DNA of 58,064 nucleotides, taken from positions 1-58,064 of the forward strand of contig CANIHR010000001.1 of NCBI GenBank assembly GCA_947467185.1, in the 5' to 3' direction. The stretch comes from Bryobacterales bacterium. GTDB lineage: Bacteria > Acidobacteriota > Terriglobia > Bryobacterales > Bryobacteraceae. Each line of letters opens with the position of its first letter. The stretch's first letter is position 1. The notes beneath the pieces were generated by a model. That model made no database searches. It had not been told where the DNA came from and worked only from the letters and a program-made list of their open reading frames with translations. The translations under genes were made by a program, and so were the position numbers. Below, piece by piece: positions 36,363 to 46,629 of this stretch.

Positions 36363-37814
36363 CTACAGCCGCACGGTAACGGTCTTAACCTCGGTGTACT
36401 GCTGCAACCCATACTCCCCGAGTTCCCTGCCAATGCCGGACTGCTTAAACCCACCAAAAGGCGCGCGCGTATCCAGCACGTTGTAGCAGTTCACGAACAC
36501 CGTGCCCGCCTGCATCCCGTGCGCCACCGTGTGGGCCTTCTTAATATCCCTGGTCCATACAGCAGCGGCCAGACCGTAGATCGAAGCATTCGCTCGTTCC
36601 ACCACTTCATGCACGCTGCGGAACGGGATGATGCTCATCACCGGCCCAAAGATCTCTTCGCGCGCGATCACCATCTCGTCCCGCACATCCGCGAAAACCG
36701 TGGGCTGCATGAAGTAACCCGCACCCGGCAACCGTTCCCCGCCACACACCAGCCGCGCCCCATCACTCCGGCCACGCTCCACGTAGCTCATGATCCGGTC
36801 CAGCTGCGCCTGGTCTACCTGCGGACCCTGCTGCGTCTTCGGTTCAAAAGGATCACCCACCACACGTTCCCGCGCCTTCGCCGCACTCTTCTCCACGAAC
36901 TCGTCGTAGATCTTCTCTTCCACGAACACCCGCGAACCGGCAATGCACGACTGTCCCTGATTAAAGAACAACCCGTTGTGCGCGCCCGCCACCGCGTCGT
37001 CCAGGTCGCAATCGGCGAACACGACATTCGCACTCTTGCCGCCCAGTTCCAGCGTGACCCGCTTCAGGTTCGAATTCGCCGCAGCAGCCATGATGATGCG
37101 GCCCACTTCGGTCGACCCCGTGAACGCCACTTTATTCACGTCCATGTGGTTCGCAATCGCCGCGCCCGCCGTGGGCCCAAAGCCCGGCACAATATTCACG
37201 ACGCCCTTCGGGAACCCCGCTTCCAGAATCAGTTCCCCGATCCGCAGTGCGGAAAGTGGTGTCTGTTCCGCCGGCTTCAGCACCACCGTATTCCCCGTCG
37301 CCAGCGCCGGAGCCAGCTTCCACGCCAGCATCATCACCGGGAAATTCCACGGGATAATCTGCCCCACCACGCCCACCGGCTCATGCCTTGTGTAGCAGAG
37401 GAAGTTCCCGTCAATCGGAATCGTCTTGCCCTGAATCTTGTCAGCCCAGCCGCCGAAGTAGCGGAAACAGGCGGCAGCTGCGGCCACATCCACAGCCTTC
37501 GCCACTGCCACGGGCTTGCCGTTATCCAGCGCCTCTAACTGCGCCAGCTCATCGGCATTCTTGTCAATGAGGTCGGCCAGCTTCAGCAGCAGGCGGCCTT
37601 TTTCAGACGCCGGCATCCGCCGCCAGCGCATGCCATCAAAGGCTTCACGCGCGGCCTGCACCGCCTTATCCACATCAGCCGCAGACGCCTCGGCAACCTG
37701 ACAAATCTCCTCGCCCGTCGTCGGATTTACCGTCGCGAACGTCGCCCCCGATTCACTATCCACCCATCGGCTGTTAATCAGGAGTTTGGCGGGAGGCAGG
37801 GTCGGCATGGGCAT
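36363..37814 (-). CDS. NAD(P)-dependent aldehyde dehydrogenase
   Basis: [15 protein letters not shown], catalytic LELGGKS and [10 protein letters not shown], plus EEIFGPV. Confidence 0.9.
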   Translation of the reverse strand: MPMPTLPPAKLLINSRWVDSESGATFATVNPTTGEEICQVAEASAADVDKAVQAAREAFDGMRWRRMPASEKGRLLLKLADLIDKNADELAQLEALDNGKPVAVAKAVDVAAAAACFRYFGGWADKIQGKTIPIDGNFLCYTRHEPVGVVGQIIPWNFPVMMLAWKLAPALATGNTVVLKPAEQTPLSALRIGELILEAGFPKGVVNIVPGFGPTAGAAIANHMDVNKVAFTGSTEVGRIIMAAAANSNLKRVTLELGGKSANVVFADCDLDDAVAGAHNGLFFNQGQSCIAGSRVFVEEKIYDEFVEKSAAKARERVVGDPFEPKTQQGPQVDQAQLDRIMSYVERGRSDGARLVCGGERLPGAGYFMQPTVFADVRDEMVIAREEIFGPVMSIIPFRSVHEVVERANASIYGLAAAVWTRDIKKAHTVAHGMQAGTVFVNCYNVLDTRAPFGGFKQSGIGRELGEYGLQQYTEVKTVTVRL

Positions 37815-37831
37815 AGGAGTCTCTCCAATTA

Positions 37832-38218
37832 TTACGTGCGCCCCGCAGCCTTCAACTGAGCGATTTCCTCGTCCGTGAAGATCCGCGACCGGATCAGAAA
37901 CCGGACGCCGTCCGAGCCTTCGAGGGAGAACATCCCCCCGCGACCCGGAACCACGTCCACCGTCAACTGCGTATGTTTCCAGTACTCAAACTGGCTGCGA
38001 CTCATATAAAACGGAGTGCCGCCAATCTCGCCCAACCGGACATCGCTGTCCCCCACCAGAAACTCCCCGCGCGGAAAACACATCGGCGAACTGCCGTCGC
38101 AACAACCACCCGACTGATGAAACATCAGGTCACCGTGTTTGCTCTTCAGCTTTTCAATCAGCGCCAATGCCGTTTCCGTGGCAAGCACCTGGTCGGGAAC
38201 CGCGATCATGTCCGGCAC
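37832..38218 (-). CDS. DUF779-family protein
   Basis: [23 protein letters not shown]...GTPFYMS...[14 protein letters not shown] is the typical DUF779 signature. Classic ALDH neighbour. Confidence 0.8.
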   Translation of the reverse strand: MPDMIAVPDQVLATETALALIEKLKSKHGDLMFHQSGGCCDGSSPMCFPRGEFLVGDSDVRLGEIGGTPFYMSRSQFEYWKHTQLTVDVVPGRGGMFSLEGSDGVRFLIRSRIFTDEEIAQLKAAGRT

Positions 38219-38224
38219 GGCGGT

Positions 38225-39745
38225 CTAAAAGAAGCCCAGCGCGTTCGGGCTGTAGCTCACCAACTGGTTCTTCGTCTGCTGGTAGTGATCCAGCATCATG
38301 CGATGGTTTTCACGCCCGATGCCCGACTGCTTATACCCCCCGAACGCGGCGTGCGCCGGGTACAGGTGATAGCAGTTCGTCCACACGCGGCCAGCCTGAA
38401 TTTCGCGGCCAAACGTGTAGGCGCGATTCATCTCACGGGTCCAGACGCCCGCGCCCAGACCGTAGAGCGAATCGTTCGCCAGCGCCAGAGCTTCGTCCTC
38501 GTCCTTGAACGTGGTCACACTGACCACCGGGCCAAAGATTTCTTCCTGGAAGATCCGCATGTTGTTGTTGCCGCGGAACACGGTGGGCTGCACGTAGTAG
38601 CCGCCGCCGAGTTCGCCTTCGAACACCGCGCGGGCACCGCCCGTGAGCACTTCCGCGCCCTCCTGCTTCCCGATGTCGATATACGAGAGGATCTTCTCCA
38701 GCTGTTCGCTCGACGCCTGGGCGCCCAGCATCGTGTCGGAGGCCAGCGGATTCCCCTGGCGGATCGCCTTCACGCGCGGCAGCACTTTTCCCATGAACCG
38801 GTCGTAGATCGATTCCTGGATCAGCGCCCGCGACGGGCACGTGCAGACTTCACCCTGGTTGAGAGCGAACATCACAAAGCCTTCAATCGCCTTATCGAGA
38901 AACGCGTCGTCCTTCGCCATCACATCTTCAAAGAAGATGTTCGGGCTCTTGCCACCCAGTTCCAGCGTGACCGGAATCAGGTTCTGTGACGCGTACTGCA
39001 TAATCAGGCGGCCAGTGGTGGTCTCACCCGTGAACGCAATCTTCGCGATCCGTGAGCTGGACGCCAGCGGCTTGCCCGCTTCCAGACCGAAGCCATTCAC
39101 CACATTGAGCACGCCCGGAGGCAGCAGATCACCTACCAATTCCAGCAGAATCAGGATCGAAAGAGGAGTCTGTTCGGCGGGCTTCAGGACCACGCAGTTG
39201 CCCGCGGCCAGCGCCGGGGCCAGCTTCCAGATCGCCATCAGCAGGGGGAAGTTCCACGGAATGATCTGGCCCACTACGCCCAGCGGTTCGTGATAGTGAT
39301 ACGCGACGGTGGTCGAGTCGATCTCCGAAATCCCGCCCTCCTGCGCCCGAATTGCACCGGCGAAGTAGCGGAAGTGATCAATCCCCAGCGGCAGATCGGC
39401 GAGCGTCGTCTCGCGAATCGGCTTGCCGTTATCCCAGGTCTCCACGGTTGCCAGATACTGAAGGTTCTCCTCCATCCGGTTGGCGATCTGTTCCAGAATC
39501 CGGGCGCGGGCCGCCACGGAAGTCTTGCCCCAGGCCCGTTTTGCGGCATGAGCGGCGTCCAGAGCGCGGTCAATATCGGCCGCGTTCGAGCGCGGAATCT
39601 CGCACAGGACCTTGCCGTTTACCGGGCTGACGTTCTCAAAGTAGCTCTGCGAGAGGGGCGCCACCCACTCGCCACCGATGTAGTTTCCGTAGCGGCTTTT
39701 CAGTTGCAAAGGCATGCCGCCGAGCCCGGTCTGGTGCGTCGTCAT
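38225..39745 (-). CDS. Aldehyde dehydrogenase (AcoD/ExaC-like, 506 aa)
   Basis: The internal ATG at 39745 gives [61 protein letters not shown]. Confidence 0.9.
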   Translation of the reverse strand: MTTHQTGLGGMPLQLKSRYGNYIGGEWVAPLSQSYFENVSPVNGKVLCEIPRSNAADIDRALDAAHAAKRAWGKTSVAARARILEQIANRMEENLQYLATVETWDNGKPIRETTLADLPLGIDHFRYFAGAIRAQEGGISEIDSTTVAYHYHEPLGVVGQIIPWNFPLLMAIWKLAPALAAGNCVVLKPAEQTPLSILILLELVGDLLPPGVLNVVNGFGLEAGKPLASSSRIAKIAFTGETTTGRLIMQYASQNLIPVTLELGGKSPNIFFEDVMAKDDAFLDKAIEGFVMFALNQGEVCTCPSRALIQESIYDRFMGKVLPRVKAIRQGNPLASDTMLGAQASSEQLEKILSYIDIGKQEGAEVLTGGARAVFEGELGGGYYVQPTVFRGNNNMRIFQEEIFGPVVSVTTFKDEDEALALANDSLYGLGAGVWTREMNRAYTFGREIQAGRVWTNCYHLYPAHAAFGGYKQSGIGRENHRMMLDHYQQTKNQLVSYSPNALGFF

Positions 39746-39876
39746 ATTGAGTCTTCTCCGTGGAAGGATTGTTCTGCGAAACCATAATGTACCCCGCGTC
39801 CTCTCGCAAGTCGACTTTGTCATGTTAAACTTACGACGTTATTCACAAGTTACACGCCATTCTCTGGGTCCTTCTG

Positions 39877-42800
39877 GTGCATACCGCTCTTTGCTTCGGG
39901 CAGGCCGGGCGCGCCGAACTGTTCGGCACCATCCTCGACCCCGCTGGTCTCACCGTCTCCAAAGCCAAGGTGGAAGCCGAAGACCAGCTCACCAAAGCCC
40001 ACTACTCCGCCACTTCAGATGACCGCGGCGACTACCATCTTCTGGGCCTCCCCGCCGGAACCTGGACCCTGACCGTGGAACAACCCGGCTTCCGGACTTA
40101 TCGTCAGGCCAGCATCATCCTTCGTCTAGGCGACCGCACTTCCCTGAACGTCACCCTCGACGTCGGACAGCCCGCCCAGTCCGTGGAAGTCAGTGCCGCC
40201 ACGCCCCTGCTGCAGACCGCCAGCGGCGAAGTCAGCCTCAACGTGGATGAGAGGAAGATCACCACGCTCCCTCTCGATGGCCGCAACTTCATTCCCCTCA
40301 TCAGTCTCTCGCCCGGCGTTGCGCTGCCCAACGGACAGCTGTTGCCCCGCATCAACGGCAGCCGCCCCCGCACCAACGAATACCTGTATGACGGCATCAG
40401 CGTGCTGCAGCCCGAACCCGGTCAGGTCGTTTACTACCCGATCATCGACGGCATGGCCGAGTTCAAGCTGAACGTGAATGCCTACTCGCCCGAGTACGGC
40501 CGCTCCAGTGGCGGCACACTCATGGTGATTGGCAAATCCGGCGGCAACGAATTCCACGGCAGCCTCTTCGAGTTCTTCCGCAACGAAGCGCTCAACGCCC
40601 GCAACCTCTTCTCCCAACCCGGCCCGAAGCCCCTGTTCCGCCGCAATCAGTACGGCCTCACCGTCGGCGGCCCCGTCCAGAAGAACAAAACCTTCTTCTT
40701 CGCCGACTGGCAGGGTACACGCCTCCGAACCGGCATCACTCGCTTCTCCGTCGTTCCCACGCTCGCCCAGCGACAGGGCATTTTCACCCAGACCATTACC
40801 GACCCCACAACCCGTTCCCCGTTCCCCAACAACACCATCCCCGCCAGCCGTTTCGAGCCACTCTCGCTTCAGTTGCTACAACACTACCCTCTGCCGAACG
40901 TAACCGGAACCAGCAACTACGTCCGCACCGCCACTGAACCCGACAACCAGGACCAGACCGACTTCCGTATAGACCGCTACTTCGGCGCGAAGCACCGCGT
41001 CTTCGCGCGCTACACCTTCTTCGGCGATGACGACACTCCCGTCACGCCGCTCCCCGATGGCAGTGGCAGCCTGACCTCCGGAGTCATCGGCCACGCCCTC
41101 ACGCGAGGCGACGCCATTGCCGGTGACTACACCTGGATCCTTTCCAACACCGCCCTCAACCAGTTCCGTTTCGGCTATTCGCGCCGCGACCTCAACCAGA
41201 CCTCGCTGCAGAATGGCGGCATCACCATTCCCGGCCTGCCCGCCAACTCCTTCGCCAGCGTCCTGCCCATCTTCACCATCACCGGTCTGCAGCAACTCGG
41301 CCCCACTACAGCGGCGAACTCCAGGTTCACCACCTCGGTCACCGAACTCCTCGACACCTTCACCCTGGTTCGCGGCCGCCATACCTTCAAGCTCGGCACC
41401 GACATCCGCCGGGAAGCCCTCGACGTTCTGAATCCCCCGAACCCGACCGGAGCCTTCTCCTTCACCACCACCGGCAGCGGCAACGCGTTGGCTTCGTTTT
41501 TGCTCGGCCAGGTCAACGCCTTCTCCATCGACATCCAGCGCAACGTGATCCAGCCCCGCGCCCACATCGCCGAGTTCTTCTTCGGGGACGACTGGAAGCT
41601 CTCCCAGCGCCTCACACTCAATATCGGCACGCGCTACACGTTGAATCTGCCCTCCACAGAGAAGAACGACCAGGGCGCAGTCTTTAACCTCCACTCGCAG
41701 GTTCTGGAATTCCCCCACACCGCCCGTCAGGTCCACTGGAAGGACTTCGGCCCGCGCCTGGGTGTCGCATACCGCGCCACTGACAGCACCGTCATCCGCG
41801 CCGGTTATGGCATGGTTTTCTTCGAACAGTCCGGCATCACCACGCCGTTCACAATCCCGCAGTTCCCCTTCGTCCAGACCGTCGGCCAGCAGTCGCAGGA
41901 CAACATCAACGCGGCCTTTTCACTCGGCATCGGACCCACAGTTCAGGTAACCGCCCCCAATGCCAACTCCGGCCTCGGCCAGGGTGTCTTCGGCGTGGAC
42001 CGCACCAATGGCTCTGGTTACTCGCAACAGTGGAACCTGACGGTGCAGAAGACCTTCCGCAGCAACTGGAACGTGGAAGCAGCCTACCTCGGTTCAAAGA
42101 ACACCCGCCTCGGCATCCCCGACGCCAACATCAATCAGTTGCCCGCGCAATATCTCTCGCAGGGCGCGGCGCTGCTCACCCGCGTCACCAATCCGTACTT
42201 CGGCCAGATCCCGACATCCTCGTCGCTTGGGACCGCGACCATCGCCCAGCAGCAACTTCTGCGGCCGTACCCCCGCTTCACCACCGTCGCGCTGTTCCGC
42301 GACAACGTCGGCAACTCCGGCTACAACGCGCTGGCCTTCAAGCTGGAAAAACGCATGTCGCGAGGCCTCACCGTCAACGCGACGTTCACATACTCCAAGC
42401 TCCTCGACGATGCCTCCAGCGTCTTCTCCCAGACCATCTTCACCGGCCCGGTCCTCAACACCACAGGCGCCGCCGACGCGGGAAACCGCCATCTCGAAAA
42501 GGACGTCTCCAGCGGCGATATCCCTCGAGTCTTCGCCCTCGGCTTTGTCTATGAGATCCCCCGCTGGTGGAAACTCTCTGGCCTGGAACTGGGCGGCCTC
42601 ATCCGCGTTCAGACCGGTGACGCGGTCGCGGTAACCCAGGCCACCAACAACAACTCCAGCCTGGGCTTCGCCGTCCAGCGCCCCAACCGCACCGCCAACC
42701 CGAACGACCACGCCGACCGCTCTGTCGCCAAATACTTCAACACCGCCGCGTTCACCGGCGTCCCGCAATTCGTCATCGGCAACAGCTCCCGCAACCCTGT

Positions 42801-43017
42801 CCGCGGCCCCGGTCTGCAGAATGCCGACCTCATGCTCGGCAAGACCTTCCGCCTCACCGAACACGTGAAACTGGAAACCCGCGCCGAGGTCTTCAACGTC
42901 TCCAACACCCCGCAGCTGAACGACCCCAACGGCAGTTTCGGCAGTCCCGCGTTCGGCTCCATCACCAGCGCCGGCAACCCGCGTGTTTTTGAATTCGTCG
43001 GCAAACTTCATTTCTGA
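39877..43017 (+). CDS. Second TonB-dependent-receptor-like protein with carboxypeptidase-regulatory-like N-domain (5' end uncertain)
   Basis: GTILDPAGLTVSKAKVEAEDQLT...GTWTLTVEQPGF, NGSRPRTNEYLYDGISV, C-terminal ...FVGKLHF. The only canonical start (GTG 39877) truncates an obvious signal peptide that continues in frame upstream to 39829. Confidence 0.8.
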   Translation: MHTALCFGQAGRAELFGTILDPAGLTVSKAKVEAEDQLTKAHYSATSDDRGDYHLLGLPAGTWTLTVEQPGFRTYRQASIILRLGDRTSLNVTLDVGQPAQSVEVSAATPLLQTASGEVSLNVDERKITTLPLDGRNFIPLISLSPGVALPNGQLLPRINGSRPRTNEYLYDGISVLQPEPGQVVYYPIIDGMAEFKLNVNAYSPEYGRSSGGTLMVIGKSGGNEFHGSLFEFFRNEALNARNLFSQPGPKPLFRRNQYGLTVGGPVQKNKTFFFADWQGTRLRTGITRFSVVPTLAQRQGIFTQTITDPTTRSPFPNNTIPASRFEPLSLQLLQHYPLPNVTGTSNYVRTATEPDNQDQTDFRIDRYFGAKHRVFARYTFFGDDDTPVTPLPDGSGSLTSGVIGHALTRGDAIAGDYTWILSNTALNQFRFGYSRRDLNQTSLQNGGITIPGLPANSFASVLPIFTITGLQQLGPTTAANSRFTTSVTELLDTFTLVRGRHTFKLGTDIRREALDVLNPPNPTGAFSFTTTGSGNALASFLLGQVNAFSIDIQRNVIQPRAHIAEFFFGDDWKLSQRLTLNIGTRYTLNLPSTEKNDQGAVFNLHSQVLEFPHTARQVHWKDFGPRLGVAYRATDSTVIRAGYGMVFFEQSGITTPFTIPQFPFVQTVGQQSQDNINAAFSLGIGPTVQVTAPNANSGLGQGVFGVDRTNGSGYSQQWNLTVQKTFRSNWNVEAAYLGSKNTRLGIPDANINQLPAQYLSQGAALLTRVTNPYFGQIPTSSSLGTATIAQQQLLRPYPRFTTVALFRDNVGNSGYNALAFKLEKRMSRGLTVNATFTYSKLLDDASSVFSQTIFTGPVLNTTGAADAGNRHLEKDVSSGDIPRVFALGFVYEIPRWWKLSGLELGGLIRVQTGDAVAVTQATNNNSSLGFAVQRPNRTANPNDHADRSVAKYFNTAAFTGVPQFVIGNSSRNPVRGPGLQNADLMLGKTFRLTEHVKLETRAEVFNVSNTPQLNDPNGSFGSPAFGSITSAGNPRVFEFVGKLHF

Positions 43018-43040
43018 CCCAACCTGCGAAACTACTCTTA

Positions 43041-44162
43041 GTGAAACCCCGCGTCGAGAATCGCCTGGCCGCCATCCGCAAAAGCCGCGGCGTCGGCGCC
43101 TCCGACCTTGCCCGCCGCGTCGGCACCAGCCGCCAGACGATCTACGCGATTGAAGCCGGTACCTACGTCCCCAATACCGAAGTCGCGCTCAACCTCGCGC
43201 GCGAACTGGAAGTCCCCTTTGATCAGCTCTTCTCGCTGCAGGACGATTCCGGCACCGCCGGCGAATCCCTGAAGGTCGAGATGTTGAGCGGCCAGGCCAC
43301 CGCGCCCGGACAGGCGGTTCGCATATGTCAGATCGGCAGCAACTGGGTGGGCGTTCCTGTCAGCGCGTCGCCCTGCTACATGCCCGAGGCGGACGGCATC
43401 GTCAGGCAAGCCGGCCTCACCAAAAACCGCGCAGACCTCACCGTTTTCGCCAAAGAGGAAGCCTCACAGAAACGCCTCGTCCTGGCGGGCTGCGATCCAG
43501 CGACCGGCCTGCTCTCCAGCATGGTGGAGAAAGTCAGCGGCGTGGATGTCGTCTCCGCCCCTGCGTCCAGCAAGCTTGCTCTCACCTGGCTCAGCGAGGG
43601 TAAAGTCCACATCGCCGGCTCGCACCTCGAAGACCCCAAAACCGGCGAATTCAACCTGCCCTTCATCCGCAAGCAGTACCCCGATGAAGACTTCACCGTC
43701 ATCACCTTCGCGCGCTGGGAAGAAGGTCTCGTCATCGCCCCCGGCAATCCGAAAGCAATCAAAAACATCGAGGATCTGGCCCGCCCCGACGTTCGCTTCG
43801 CCAATCGCGAACCCGGTTCCGGCAGCCGCGCCCTGCTCGACCAGCTACTCGCCAAAGCCGCAATCCCACACACCGCCGTGCAGGGTTACAAACGTATCAG
43901 CTTCGGTCACCTCGCCGCCGCCTATGCCGTCCTCTCCGGCGACGTCGACGTCTGCCTCGCCACCCGCTCCGCTGCCCAAAGCTTCGGCCTCGACTTCCTC
44001 CCCCTCCACAGCGAACGGTACGACCTGGTCATGCGCCGCCGCACCGCCGACATGCCGGTCGTCAAAGTCTTCCTCGACGTTCTGCAGCGGGCGACGCTTC
44101 GCCGCAAACTCGAAGTCCTGGCTGGCTACGACACTTCACAAACCGGCACTGTCGTCGCATAA
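43041..44162 (+). CDS. XRE-type HTH regulator fused to a periplasmic-binding-protein-like (PBP_like, ModA/COG1910-type) domain
   Basis: GTG start. LAAIRKSRGVGASDLARRVGTSRQTIYAIEAG is an HTH_3 pattern. The C-terminal ~230 aa (LVLAGCDPA...HIAGSHL...FANREPGSGSR...GDVDVCLATRSAA) matches the PBP domain commonly fused to HTHs. Confidence 0.7.
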   Translation: MKPRVENRLAAIRKSRGVGASDLARRVGTSRQTIYAIEAGTYVPNTEVALNLARELEVPFDQLFSLQDDSGTAGESLKVEMLSGQATAPGQAVRICQIGSNWVGVPVSASPCYMPEADGIVRQAGLTKNRADLTVFAKEEASQKRLVLAGCDPATGLLSSMVEKVSGVDVVSAPASSKLALTWLSEGKVHIAGSHLEDPKTGEFNLPFIRKQYPDEDFTVITFARWEEGLVIAPGNPKAIKNIEDLARPDVRFANREPGSGSRALLDQLLAKAAIPHTAVQGYKRISFGHLAAAYAVLSGDVDVCLATRSAAQSFGLDFLPLHSERYDLVMRRRTADMPVVKVFLDVLQRATLRRKLEVLAGYDTSQTGTVVA

Positions 44163-44179
44163 GCGCGACGATAGAGGTA

Positions 44180-45589
44180 ATGGAGTCTCTCCGTCCCCGC
44201 GTCCGAACGCTCAACGACCGCCCTCTCAACAAAGCCGGAGCCTATGTCCTTTACTGGGTTCAGGCTAATCGACGGGTCGACGCAAACCACGCCCTCGCCT
44301 GGGCCGTCCGCCTCGCCAACATGCACGGCGTGCCGCTGCTGGTTTACGAGGGCCTCACCTGCAGCTATCCCGCCGCGAATGACCGCCTCCACACCTTCGT
44401 CCTCGAAGGCGTCCCCGAATTCGAAGCCGATCTGACCCGCGCCGGGTTCGGCTATCTTTTTTACCTACGCCGCACTCCCGCGGACGCCAACAACCTCGTC
44501 TATAAACTGGCCGAAAAAGCCCTCGCAGTCGTAACCGATGACTTCCCCACGTTCAACGTCGCCGCCCACAATCGCAGGGTCCCGGGCCGCCTGAAGACCG
44601 CGTACTTCGCAGTGGACAGCAGCTGCATCGTGCCCATGAATGTCCACGAAAAGCGCGCCTGGGCAGCCTATACAATCCGGCCAAAGATCCATCGCGAACT
44701 CCCGCTCTGGCTGAAACCCCTCACCGCAACCCTGCCCACCAAACCCTGGTCCGATTCGCTCCTCCCTCCCGGCCTCGCCGAATTCCGCACGCCCGTCCGC
44801 CGCGACAACATCCCCGCCCTCGTCGCCTCCTGCGCCATTGATCACACGATCCCGCTCTCGAAGTCCTACCGTGGCGGCACCACCGAAGCGCGCGCCCGCC
44901 TGGAACGTTTCCTCGTTAGCCGCCTCTCCCGCTACGCAAAGGAGAGCGGCCAGCCCTCGAAGAAGGCTACCAGCGAACTCAGCCCGTACCTTCATTTCGG
45001 CCACATCTCCGCCCTCGAAGTCGCGCTCGCCGCCCGCAACTACGCCACCGAGCACAAACTCATCGCCGACGAATTCATGGAGGAACTCATTGTCCGCCGC
45101 GAACTGGCCTTCAACTTCGCCCGCTGGACCCCGGAGAACGAAACCCTCGACGTCCTCCCCGACTGGTGCCTCAAGACCATCGCGAAACACGCCGAAGATC
45201 CCCGCCCTATCACCTACACGTGGGAGCAGTTCCGCGACGCCCAGACCCACGACCCCCTCTGGAATGCCACCCAACAGGAAATGCTGACCGAAGGCAAGAT
45301 CCACGGCTACTACCGCATGTACTGGGGCAAGAAGATTATGGAGTGGTCGCCCACGCTCGCCGAAGCTTTACGAACCATGTTCCGCCTCCACAGCATCTAT
45401 GCACTGGATGGACGCGACCCAAATACCGCAACCGGCATCCTCTGGTGCTTCGGCCTGCATGACCGGCCCTGGACCGAGCGATCGATTTTCGGCCAGCTCC
45501 GCTACATGTCGTACGACGGCATGAAGCGGAAAACAGACATCGCCGCGTACATCCGCCAATACGATTCTCCGCAGGTAAGTCTCTTATGA
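44180..45589 (+). CDS. phr: Class II CPD deoxyribodipyrimidine photolyase
   Basis: YVLYWVQANRRVDANHAL, SELSPYLHFGHIS, EELIVRRELAFNF, THDPLWNATQQEMLTEGKIHGYYRMYWGKKIMEW, DGRDPNTATGILWCFGLHDRPWTER. Confidence 0.85.
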   Translation: MESLRPRVRTLNDRPLNKAGAYVLYWVQANRRVDANHALAWAVRLANMHGVPLLVYEGLTCSYPAANDRLHTFVLEGVPEFEADLTRAGFGYLFYLRRTPADANNLVYKLAEKALAVVTDDFPTFNVAAHNRRVPGRLKTAYFAVDSSCIVPMNVHEKRAWAAYTIRPKIHRELPLWLKPLTATLPTKPWSDSLLPPGLAEFRTPVRRDNIPALVASCAIDHTIPLSKSYRGGTTEARARLERFLVSRLSRYAKESGQPSKKATSELSPYLHFGHISALEVALAARNYATEHKLIADEFMEELIVRRELAFNFARWTPENETLDVLPDWCLKTIAKHAEDPRPITYTWEQFRDAQTHDPLWNATQQEMLTEGKIHGYYRMYWGKKIMEWSPTLAEALRTMFRLHSIYALDGRDPNTATGILWCFGLHDRPWTERSIFGQLRYMSYDGMKRKTDIAAYIRQYDSPQVSLL

Positions 45590-46479
45590 AATTTCTCATT
45601 TCGGGTGGTACCGGCTTCATCGGCCGGCAGATGGTGGATGAGCTTCTGCAGCAGGGGCACTATGTCGGCATTTACAGCCGCCAGCCCGGCGTGGCGGCCC
45701 GCACGGCCGTCGCCACTTACAAATGGGATCCCCTAGATGGCGAACCCTCCGTGGACAGCGTTCATGATATGGACGCGATCCTCCACCTGGCTGGCGAACC
45801 CGTCGCCCAGCGATGGAACCCGGCCATCAAGGAACGCATCCGCGCCAGCCGCGTGGATGGTACCCGCAACCTGGTGAACGCAATCTCCAAAGCCCGCCAC
45901 AAGCCGAAGGTGCTGGTCTGCGCCTCCGCTATTGGCGTCTACGGCGATCGCGGCGACGAAATCCTCACCGAAGACTCGGCTCTGGGCAAAGGCTTCCTCG
46001 CCGATGTTTGCCGCGGTTGGGAAGCCGAAGCCGATCGCGCAGCGTGGTTCGGCGTTCGCGTCGTGAAGATCCGCATCGGGTTTGTCCTCGGCCGTAAAGG
46101 CGGCGCCATGGAACGCATCGCCCCTCTCTTCAAACTGGGCCTCGGTGGCCCCCTCGGCTCCGGGAAGCAGTGGATGCCCTGGGTTCACGTCAACGACATC
46201 ACCCGGATGTTCGTCTGGGCGGCCGAAAACGAGGTCTCGGGCGTCTTCAATGGCACCGCACCTAATCCGGCCCGCAACAGCGACTTCACCCATGCCCTCG
46301 GCCACGCCGTCCACCGCCCGGCCTTTTTGCCCGTCCCCGGTTTTGCCCTTCGCCTCGCCATGGGCGAACTCGGCCAGCATATTCTCGATTCCGCCCGCGT
46401 CGTTCCCGAGGCCGCCCTCAAAGCCGGCTTCCAGTTCCAGTTCCCGAACCTCCCGGAAGCCCTGGCCGACATCGTTTGA
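45586..46479 (+). CDS. TIGR01777-family (YfcH-like, DUF1731) SDR epimerase
   Basis: ATGA overlap with phr. MKFLISGGTGFIGRQ, ASAIGVYGD, GSGKQWMPWVHVND, FQFQFPNL C-terminal signature. Confidence 0.8.
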   Translation: MKFLISGGTGFIGRQMVDELLQQGHYVGIYSRQPGVAARTAVATYKWDPLDGEPSVDSVHDMDAILHLAGEPVAQRWNPAIKERIRASRVDGTRNLVNAISKARHKPKVLVCASAIGVYGDRGDEILTEDSALGKGFLADVCRGWEAEADRAAWFGVRVVKIRIGFVLGRKGGAMERIAPLFKLGLGGPLGSGKQWMPWVHVNDITRMFVWAAENEVSGVFNGTAPNPARNSDFTHALGHAVHRPAFLPVPGFALRLAMGELGQHILDSARVVPEAALKAGFQFQFPNLPEALADIV

Positions 46480-46541
46480 CAGCCATTTGTACCGCGCTTG
46501 TAAGTAAGTTGTAAAAATCAGCACAATCCGCCTTTCGGCGA

Positions 46542-46570
46542 TTGACCCTACAGACGAGCACCGATATCAT
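46542..46570 (+). promoter_or_regulatory. Candidate sigma-70-type promoter for the Mo-hydroxylase operon
   Basis: TTGACC (46542-46547), a 17-nt spacer, then TATCAT (46565-46570), about 60 nt upstream of the ATG at 46630. The -10 lies inside a CCGAT-ATC-ATCGG inverted repeat. Confidence 0.35.
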
Positions 46571-46629
46571 CGGGCAACCAGTTTCAGGATTATCGGTAAA
46601 GTTCGTCTAAATTTAGGAGTCAGACGCCA

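Noticed and set aside
36519-38989. Plus-strand ORFs of 339 and 338 aa opposite the two aldehyde dehydrogenases
   Set aside because: They are His/Arg-rich antisense frames. The ALDH catalytic motifs lie on the minus strand.
46480-46629. Possible Moco riboswitch upstream of the Mo-hydroxylase genes
   Set aside because: I could not find the conserved Moco-motif elements. The region is better explained by a promoter-like TTGACC-N17-TATCAT plus a short leader.
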